DNA of 64,000 nucleotides from Agathobaculum sp. (GTDB taxonomy: Bacteria > Bacillota > Clostridia > Oscillospirales > Butyricicoccaceae): the NCBI RefSeq assembly GCF_034098985.1, contig NZ_JAXEOA010000011.1, forward strand, positions 66,302 to 130,301, given 5' to 3'. The translations under genes were made by a program, and so were the position numbers. A model generated the notes under the pieces. The model did no database searches. It saw nothing but the letters and a program-made list of their open reading frames with translations, and had not been told where the DNA came from. Position 1 is the first letter of the stretch; the number at the start of each line of letters is the position of its first letter. Positions 30,491-37,411 of this stretch are shown here, one piece after another.

Positions 30491-31198
30491 ATGGCGTTTC
30501 TCAAAATTGAAAACCTGCACGTCCATTATGGCGCGATCCACGCACTGAAAGGAATCAGCTTGGAAGTCAATCAGGGTGAAATCGTCACGCTGATCGGCTC
30601 TAACGGCGCGGGTAAAACGACGACGATGTACACGGCTGCGGGTATACTCAAGCCGTCCGCCGGTAAAATCATTTTCGAGGACGAAGATATCACAAAGCTG
30701 GACGCGCCGCATATTGTCCAGCGTGGAATTTGCCTGTCTCCGGAGGGCAGACAGGTGTTTCCTGAGCTCACCGTTAAGGAAAATTTGGATTTGGGCGCGT
30801 TTTTACGCACCTCCCGCGAGCGGGACGAAACGCTGGAGGTGGTATACGAGCTGTTTCCGCGCATTAAGGAGCGCATGCATCAGGCGGCGGGCACGCTGTC
30901 GGGCGGGGAGCAGCAAATGCTTGCGGTTGGCCGCGCGCTGATGGGCAAGCCCAAGCTGCTGATGCTGGACGAGCCATCGCTCGGTCTGGCGCCGATCATC
31001 ATTCAGGAGATTTTCAACCTGATCGTGCGGATCAATAAATTGGGAACCACCATTTTACTTGTCGAACAGAACGCAAAAATGGCGCTGCGCATATCGAGCC
31101 GCGGGTACGTACTGGAAACCGGTAAAATCGTGCTCAGCGATCGGGCGGATGCTTTGCTGACAAGCGAAAAGGTTCGCGCCGCGTATTTGGGAGGTTAA
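30491..31198 (+). CDS. ABC transporter ATP-binding protein (LivF-like)
   Basis: MAFLKIENLHVHYG, Walker A GSNGAGKTTT, signature LSGGEQQMLAVGRAL. ATG 30491 follows the livG-like stop. Confidence 0.9.
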   Translation: MAFLKIENLHVHYGAIHALKGISLEVNQGEIVTLIGSNGAGKTTTMYTAAGILKPSAGKIIFEDEDITKLDAPHIVQRGICLSPEGRQVFPELTVKENLDLGAFLRTSRERDETLEVVYELFPRIKERMHQAAGTLSGGEQQMLAVGRALMGKPKLLMLDEPSLGLAPIIIQEIFNLIVRINKLGTTILLVEQNAKMALRISSRGYVLETGKIVLSDRADALLTSEKVRAAYLGG

Positions 31199-31201
31199 AC
31201 G

Positions 31202-32491
31202 GTGGAAACATTGACGAATCAAGAGCGTTTCCTCAAAATCATGGAAAAAGAAATGGTTCCCGCGGTTGGCTGCACGGAACCGATAGCCGTTTGCTATACG
31301 GCGGCTGTCGCGCGGAAGCATGCGCCCGACAAGGTGAAAAAGGTGCGCTGCCGCGCCAGCGTCAATATTATTAAAAACGTGGCTTCGGTCACGATTCCCG
31401 GAACGCACGGCAGAAACGGCATGAAACTGGCCTGCGCGCTTGGCGTTGCAAAGCCCGATGTGGATCGCAAGCTGGAAATCCTCGACGGCTTGACGGAGGA
31501 ACAGCTTCAAACGGCTGTTTCTCTGGTGGAGGAGGGGCTGGTCGAGGTGGAAATGGCTGACGTGAAGTGCGCGCTCTACATTGAAGTCGAGATCGAGACG
31601 GAGCTGCACAAGGTCAGGACGATCACGCAGTATGCGCATGTAAACACCACGCTGCTTGAAGTAGACGGAAAACTTGAGCATACGTTAAACGAGGGGGAGC
31701 GGACGGAGCAGACGGACGAGCTCTATCAGGCGCTGAATTTAAAGACAATTTTGGATTTTTCCAATACGGTTCCCATGAAAGATTTGTCCATTGTGCAAAA
31801 CGCCATCAAAACGAATACGGCAATTGCAAAGGATGGCCTTGCGCGGGAGTATGGCTTGCAGGTTGGGAAAACGCTTTCCGAATCGGTGGACAAGCTGATG
31901 CTGTCGAACGATTTGGCGACCTATGCGATGATGCTGGCGTCCGCAGGGTCGGACGCCAGAATGGCGGGAAGCTCGCTGCCGGCCTATTCCAACTCGGGTT
32001 CCGGCAATCAAGGAATCACGGCGACCATGCCCGTCGCCGCCGCGGCGGAGAAGCTGAACGCCACGGAAGAGCAGACCGTCCGCGCCTGCGCGATCAGCAA
32101 TTTGACGGCTATTTTCATTAAGCATAAGCTGGGAAAGCTTTCCTCGGTATGCGGCGCGATTGTCGCGGCGACAGGAGCCGCCTGCGGAATCGTCTATTTG
32201 ATGGGCGGAAAATTGCCGGAAACGGTCAGCGCGGTCAAAAACATGCTGGGAAACGTGGCGGGAATGTTTTGCGACGGCGCGAAGGCAAGCTGCGCGCTGA
32301 AGGTATCCACCTGCGCCAACGCGGCGGTGCAGGCGGCGATTCTAGCGATGAACACGCATTATATCAAGGGAACCGACGGCATTGTCGGCAATACGGCGGA
32401 TGAAACCGTGGCAAATTACTGCCGCATTTTGTCGGAAGGCGTACCGGAACTTGATAAAACGCTTTTGGATATAATCATCAGCAAGGAATAA
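31202..32491 (+). CDS. UPF0597 / CyuA (YhaM)-like protein, related to serine dehydratase alpha chain and L-cysteine desulfidase
   Basis: VPAVGCTEPIAVCYTAAVA near the N-terminus, ~430 aa, Cys-containing C-terminal region (GMFCDGAKASCALK). GTG 31202 lies 7 nt after GGAGG. Confidence 0.75.
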   Translation: METLTNQERFLKIMEKEMVPAVGCTEPIAVCYTAAVARKHAPDKVKKVRCRASVNIIKNVASVTIPGTHGRNGMKLACALGVAKPDVDRKLEILDGLTEEQLQTAVSLVEEGLVEVEMADVKCALYIEVEIETELHKVRTITQYAHVNTTLLEVDGKLEHTLNEGERTEQTDELYQALNLKTILDFSNTVPMKDLSIVQNAIKTNTAIAKDGLAREYGLQVGKTLSESVDKLMLSNDLATYAMMLASAGSDARMAGSSLPAYSNSGSGNQGITATMPVAAAAEKLNATEEQTVRACAISNLTAIFIKHKLGKLSSVCGAIVAATGAACGIVYLMGGKLPETVSAVKNMLGNVAGMFCDGAKASCALKVSTCANAAVQAAILAMNTHYIKGTDGIVGNTADETVANYCRILSEGVPELDKTLLDIIISKE

Positions 32492-32561
32492 GAACGAAGG
32501 CGGCGGGCGCCCGTTGAAGAACGCCGCCGCAATCGCATTATAAACGGAAAGGAAGTATGAA

Positions 32562-33584
32562 ATGACAGCAACTCAGCGGATGAAAGCCATGGTAAACGGA
32601 CAGCCGGTCGACCGTGTCGGTGTGTCGGCGTGGAAGCATATTTATTTGGAGGACCGGCATCCGGTTGATTTTGTAAAGCGTACCTGCTCCTTCCAGCAGG
32701 ATAATGATTGGGATTTCGTCAAAGTAAGCTACAACGGATATTTGATGCCCGAAGCATTCGGCGCTGATATCGCATGGAGTCCGGATTCCAATACGTTTCC
32801 AACGATGCTAAAACATAACGTCAATCATCCGGCGGAGTGGGCGGAGCTCAAACCGGCCAGCGTTACCGAGGGTGCGCTGCGGCGTGAAATCGACGCAACG
32901 GCGCGCATGGTTGAGCATTTTAAGGGAGAGGTTCCGATTCTGCCGACGATTTTCAGCCCGTTAACCGCAGCGCAGGAAATGTCGTGCGGCTGGCTGAACC
33001 CTTGGCCGCTGATGGCCGATATGCAATACAGCCCGAGCGAACTGCATCAGGGCTTGGAAATCATTGCGGAGACGACGGCGCGGTTTATGGAGGAACTGGT
33101 CAAGGTCGGCGTCGACGGTGTGTTTTTCGCCACGCAGCTTGCGTGCTATAACCGCGCGACGAAGGAGCAGTATGACGAATTCGGCCGCAAGTACGATCTT
33201 AAGCTGCTCGACGCGATTCAGGATAAAACTTGGCTGAATATGGTGCATATCCATGGCGCGGAGCAGCTGTTCTTCACGGAAATCGAGGATTATCCGGTGC
33301 AGGCCTTTAACTGGGAGGATATCAATAGCAATATTTCGCTTGCGTACGCGCGTGCGCATACGGATAAGATTCTTTGCGCGGGCATTGAGCATGTACATGA
33401 CTTTTACGAACCCGATCGCGCGGTATTAAAGGAAAAGCTGCGCGCGCGCGTCCAAACGGCGATCGCAGCCGCCGGCAAGGAAAAGCTGGTGATCGGGCCG
33501 GGCTGCGTTGTGCCGACGGATGTGCCGGAATACCGCCTTACCGTGCTGAAGGAAGTCGTTGAGGAGATGGGTGCAAATGGCTGA
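32562..33584 (+). CDS. Uroporphyrinogen decarboxylase (URO-D) fold family protein
   Basis: 340 aa. The N-terminus (MTATQRMKAMVNGQPVDRVGVSAW) and overall pattern resemble URO-D/MtaA-like proteins. No corrinoid-protein gene lies nearby. Confidence 0.7.
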   Translation: MTATQRMKAMVNGQPVDRVGVSAWKHIYLEDRHPVDFVKRTCSFQQDNDWDFVKVSYNGYLMPEAFGADIAWSPDSNTFPTMLKHNVNHPAEWAELKPASVTEGALRREIDATARMVEHFKGEVPILPTIFSPLTAAQEMSCGWLNPWPLMADMQYSPSELHQGLEIIAETTARFMEELVKVGVDGVFFATQLACYNRATKEQYDEFGRKYDLKLLDAIQDKTWLNMVHIHGAEQLFFTEIEDYPVQAFNWEDINSNISLAYARAHTDKILCAGIEHVHDFYEPDRAVLKEKLRARVQTAIAAAGKEKLVIGPGCVVPTDVPEYRLTVLKEVVEEMGANG

Positions 33585-34611
33585 TACGGCGAAAAAGGCG
33601 CGGATCGGCATTCTGGGCTGCGGGCAGATCGTCAAGATCCGGCATGCGCCCGAGCTGGCCGCGTGCCGGTGGGCGGAGCCCGCGGGTTTCTATGATTTTT
33701 ATCCTGAACGCGCGGAAGAATACGCCGCCCAATATGGCGGCAGGGCATATGCGGATTATCATGATATGCTCGCCGACCCCACTGTTGACGGCGTGGTCGT
33801 CTGCACGGCAAACAATGCGCATGCCGCCATGTCCATTGAAGCGCTGCAAGCCGGGAAATATGTATTGTGCGAGAAACCCATGGCTACGACGCGGGAGGAC
33901 GCCGAACGGATTTTGCGGGTGGAAAAAGAGAGCGCCGGCTTTTTTATGGCGGCGCACAATCAGCGGTTTACGCTGGCACACAAAACGGCCAAAGCGCTGC
34001 TGGCGAGCGGAGAAATGGGAAAGGTGCTGTCCTTTCGCTGCACCTTGGCGCATCCGGGTCCAGAGCGGTTTAGCGTAAACCGTTCAAATGCGACTTGGTA
34101 TTTTAACAAAGCGGCCTCCGGTTTGGGCTGCGTGTCCGATCTGGGCATTCATAAATGCGATGTTTTAATGCATATCCTTGGCGAGCCGATCACATCGGTT
34201 GGCGCGATTGCCGGCACGCGCGATAAACGGGACGAAAGCGGAAAGCTCGCCGCAATTTATGATAACGCGGTATGTGTGCTGGAAACGGCTTCGGGTATCA
34301 TGGGAACACTCAGTCTGTCCTATACCAATTACGGTGGAATGGAGAATACGACCGTATATTACTGCGAAAAAGGCGTGCTTCGCGTACAATACCATCCGGA
34401 CTGTGCGCTGGAGGTCGTCATGGACGGGGGACAAACGACCCGCTATTATGACGTTCCGAATCCACGTTCAGGCGTCGTAGATGCTTTTGCCGAAGCGATT
34501 GTGACAGAAAAAGCGTCGCCGATAGCGGCCGCGCAGGCCTTTCAGGCAATGAAAACCGTTTTTGCGATTGATGAAGCCGCGCGCAGCGGGTCGTTTGTGA
34601 AAATAGGGTAA
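33577..34611 (+). CDS. Gfo/Idh/MocA family oxidoreductase
   Basis: ARIGILGCGQIVKIRHAPEL is a Rossmann N-terminus and CEKPMATT is the family motif. ATG 33577 overlaps the preceding stop by 8 nt. Confidence 0.85.
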   Translation: MADTAKKARIGILGCGQIVKIRHAPELAACRWAEPAGFYDFYPERAEEYAAQYGGRAYADYHDMLADPTVDGVVVCTANNAHAAMSIEALQAGKYVLCEKPMATTREDAERILRVEKESAGFFMAAHNQRFTLAHKTAKALLASGEMGKVLSFRCTLAHPGPERFSVNRSNATWYFNKAASGLGCVSDLGIHKCDVLMHILGEPITSVGAIAGTRDKRDESGKLAAIYDNAVCVLETASGIMGTLSLSYTNYGGMENTTVYYCEKGVLRVQYHPDCALEVVMDGGQTTRYYDVPNPRSGVVDAFAEAIVTEKASPIAAAQAFQAMKTVFAIDEAARSGSFVKIG

Positions 34612-34619
34612 GGCAAGAT

Positions 34620-34877
34620 GACAGACAATCCCCTATATATCTCCTTCTGCATCGTCGGCCGGTATAAATCCCATGCGGGACGGCTGCATCCTGTTACAGG
34701 GAAAGCATCGAAGTCTTTGGCTTCGGTGCTTTTCACTCTTTTCTTAAATATGGCGCATTTCTATAATGCAGTTTTTGCACACGATCTTCCTCTTGTAGTT
34801 CACAAGGTCATCGGACATCCGCAGAATATGCAATTCGGCATATATTTTTTAAGACGACGTTTTCAGTGGATTTCATA
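34620..34877 (-). pseudogene. Gene remnant: good SD plus ATG but the frame breaks after 22 codons
   Basis: On the reverse strand AGGAGTG, a 7-nt spacer, then ATG at 34877 gives MKSTENVVLKNICRIAYSADVR*. Coding-like stretches continue in other frames (DDLVNYKRKIVCKNCIIEMRHI*). I recognise no family. Confidence 0.3.
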
Positions 34878-34984
34878 ATAAGTACACTCCTAAATAAATT
34901 TTACATGTTTTAAGTGATCTACATTCTTCGACATTGATCTACCATTCCTCCCCATCTCTTTTCATATTTATCATATATGCGTTT

Positions 34985-35017
34985 AAAATATGGCTGCCAT
35001 CTTGGCAGCCATATTTT
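34985..35017. terminator. Orphan bidirectional terminator at the right island edge
   Basis: 15-bp perfect stem AAAATATGGCTGCCA / TGGCAGCCATATTTT with a 3-nt loop. Confidence 0.6.
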
Positions 35018-35163
35018 CATGCCGTTTCATCGATCGCCGTCATAAGAAAGGAAGATAATTGTTTTAAACTTACGCTGGATGTATATGCAAAATCAACCTC
35101 GAGCATGAAGGAAGAATCGGTAAGAAAGTTCGAAAATATGATTGCGCTCTCGTCAATCCAATA

Positions 35164-35185
35164 GTGGTCAAATATTGGTCAAAAA
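35164..35185 (+). repeat. Tandem TGGTCAAA motif, right copy
   Basis: GTGGTCAAATATTGGTCAAAAA; compare 24110-24132. Confidence 0.5.
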
Positions 35186-35254
35186 CATAATGACTTAATA
35201 ATTTTGGAGTTTATCATGATGTTTTGTTTCTAAAACCCTCAAATTTCAAACTTA

Positions 35255-35283
35255 TTGCGAATCTATTCGCGCTATGGTATAAT
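35255..35283 (+). promoter_or_regulatory. recJ promoter with an overlapping palindrome
   Basis: TTGCGA (35255-35260), 17-nt spacer, TGGTATAAT (35275-35283). The inverted repeat GCGAAT-CT-ATTCGC lies at 35257-35270. Confidence 0.55.
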
Positions 35284-35317
35284 AATAGCAGTTGAAAATA
35301 AAAATGAGGGAGTATCC

Positions 35318-37390
35318 ATGAAAACAAAACGATGGGTAGTCGCCGCTCCGGATCGGGAACGCGTGCGCGCGTTGACCCAACAGGGCGGGTTTGCACCGCT
35401 GACTGCGGCGGTGCTTGCCGCCCGCGGCATCGACACGCCGGAGGCCGCCGCGGACTATCTGAGCTGTGAAACGTCTGGTCTGCACGACCCGATGCTGCTC
35501 GCCGATATGGACCGGGCGGTCGCCGTCATCCGGGGGGCGCTGCAGCGGGAAGAACGGATCGTCGTGTATGGCGACTACGATGTGGACGGTATCACGGCGA
35601 CCTGCATCTTGGTGCGCTATCTGCGCTCGGTGGGCGCCGTGTGCGATTATTATATTCCAAACCGTTTGAGCGAGGGCTACGGCCTGACACGCGAATCCAT
35701 GACCGAGCTGTATGAAAAGGGTACGCGCCTGCTGATCACTGTTGATTCGGGCATTACAGCTAATGAGGAGATCGACATAGCGCGGGCGCTTGGCATGCGT
35801 GTGGTGGTTACCGATCACCACGAGTGCCACGATACGCTGCCCGCCGCGGACGCGGTGGTCGACTATAAGAGGCCGGGCTGTTCGTACCCGTTCTGCCATC
35901 TGGCAGGCGTGGGCGTTGCATTCAAGCTGGTGTGCGCGCTGTCGGGCGACGCAGAGGGCATGCTGAAACAATATGCCGACCTGATTGCCCTCGGCACGGT
36001 GGCCGACGTGATGCCCATTGTGGGCGAAAACCGCGTCATTGTGGCCGCGGGCCTGCGCAGGATGGCGGAAACGAGCAACCTCGGCCTGGAAATGCTGTTG
36101 CGGGAAGCCGGTATGAAAAACAGGCGGCTTACCAGCTCGACAATCAGCTTCGTGCTCGCCCCGCGCATCAACGCCGCCGGGCGTATGGGCAAGGCCGAGC
36201 TCGCCGCCGAATTGTTCCTGACGGACGCCGCCGTGCGCGCGCAGGAGCTTGCCGCCGAGCTCTGCGAGCAGAACAAGCTGCGGCAGAACGAGGAAAACCA
36301 GATTTTAGAGCAGGCGCTTTTGCGCCTGCGCGCCGAATATAATCCCATGGAGGACCGCATCATCGTGCTCGCGGGCGAAAACTGGCACCATGGCGTGATC
36401 GGCATCGTGTGTTCGCGCCTGTGCGACCGGTACGGTTGTCCGGTCGTGCTGATCGCGCTCGACGAGCATACGGGCAAGGGATCGGGACGGTCGGTCAAGG
36501 GCTTTAACCTGTTTGAGGCGCTCGCTTCGTGTGAAGATCTGCTGGAAAAATACGGTGGGCATGAGCTTGCCGCCGGACTGACGGTCTCGCGCGGGCAGGT
36601 CGAAACGCTGCGCGCACGGCTCAAAGCCTATGCGGAAGACCGGGTGGACGCGGCGGACATCCAGCCGCAGCTGCATATCGACTGCGCAATCGAGCCTGCG
36701 TGGATCACCGAGCAGAATATTGAGAGCCTCAGCGTGCTCGAACCCTACGGCATGCAGAACGCCGAGCCGGTCTTCTGTATGAAAGATATGACAGTCGAGG
36801 AGATCACGCCCATCTCGAGCGACCGCCACGTGCGGCTAACGCTGTCCAAGGGCGGCTCTAGATGGACGGCGATGCTGTTCGGCACTGGTGTGGGCGGATG
36901 CGGCTTTGTGGAGGGCAACACGGTAGACGCGGCGTTTCATTTGGAGATCAACGAGTTTCGAAGCAGGCGCACGGTGCAGCTCACGCTGTGTGATGTTCGG
37001 CTGAGCGAATGTGAAAACCTGGCCGATCAGAAGCTTTTGAACCTATACAATACTTACATGGCCGACGGCCCGCTGACCGCGCCAGAGGCGCGCGTGTTGC
37101 TGCCCGACCGGGCCGATCTGGTCGCGGTGTGGCGGCATGTCGTGTGCCGCGCGGAGGACGGGCGGCTGACCGTGCCGTCAAACGCGCTTTCGCGCCGCAT
37201 CGCGTGGGAGAGCCGGAGAAGCATCAACATTGGCAAGCTGTTTGTCTGCCTGGATGTATTTTCTGAGTCGCAGCTCATCAGCTACCATTTCAAAGAAGGC
37301 ATGCTCAACATCATTCTCAAGCACTATGAGGGCAAGGCCGATATATCGGGCTCGGTCGTGCTGGCCACACTGCAAAGCATGGCGGGCTGA
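35318..37390 (+). CDS. recJ: Single-stranded-DNA-specific exonuclease RecJ
   Basis: DHH motifs (VYGDYDVDGITA, VVVTDHHEC) and a DHHA1 region. ATG 35318 follows GAGGGAG. Confidence 0.95.
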   Translation: MKTKRWVVAAPDRERVRALTQQGGFAPLTAAVLAARGIDTPEAAADYLSCETSGLHDPMLLADMDRAVAVIRGALQREERIVVYGDYDVDGITATCILVRYLRSVGAVCDYYIPNRLSEGYGLTRESMTELYEKGTRLLITVDSGITANEEIDIARALGMRVVVTDHHECHDTLPAADAVVDYKRPGCSYPFCHLAGVGVAFKLVCALSGDAEGMLKQYADLIALGTVADVMPIVGENRVIVAAGLRRMAETSNLGLEMLLREAGMKNRRLTSSTISFVLAPRINAAGRMGKAELAAELFLTDAAVRAQELAAELCEQNKLRQNEENQILEQALLRLRAEYNPMEDRIIVLAGENWHHGVIGIVCSRLCDRYGCPVVLIALDEHTGKGSGRSVKGFNLFEALASCEDLLEKYGGHELAAGLTVSRGQVETLRARLKAYAEDRVDAADIQPQLHIDCAIEPAWITEQNIESLSVLEPYGMQNAEPVFCMKDMTVEEITPISSDRHVRLTLSKGGSRWTAMLFGTGVGGCGFVEGNTVDAAFHLEINEFRSRRTVQLTLCDVRLSECENLADQKLLNLYNTYMADGPLTAPEARVLLPDRADLVAVWRHVVCRAEDGRLTVPSNALSRRIAWESRRSINIGKLFVCLDVFSESQLISYHFKEGMLNIILKHYEGKADISGSVVLATLQSMAG

Positions 37391-37411
37391 CCGGGGACGG
37401 GGGAGAACAGT

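Noticed and set aside
35257-35270. LexA box upstream of recJ.
   Set aside because: GCGAATCTATTCGC has CGAA-N4-TTCG geometry, two nt shorter than the Cheo box CGAAC-N4-GTTCG. I therefore kept it only as an unassigned palindrome.
23930-35330. Calling the 11-kb island a mobile element (ICE, transposon or prophage).
   Set aside because: No integrase, transposase, relaxase or phage gene is visible, and there are no terminal inverted repeats. Only the flanking imperfect direct repeats and gene debris support past insertion, so I report it as an island rather than a mobile_element feature.
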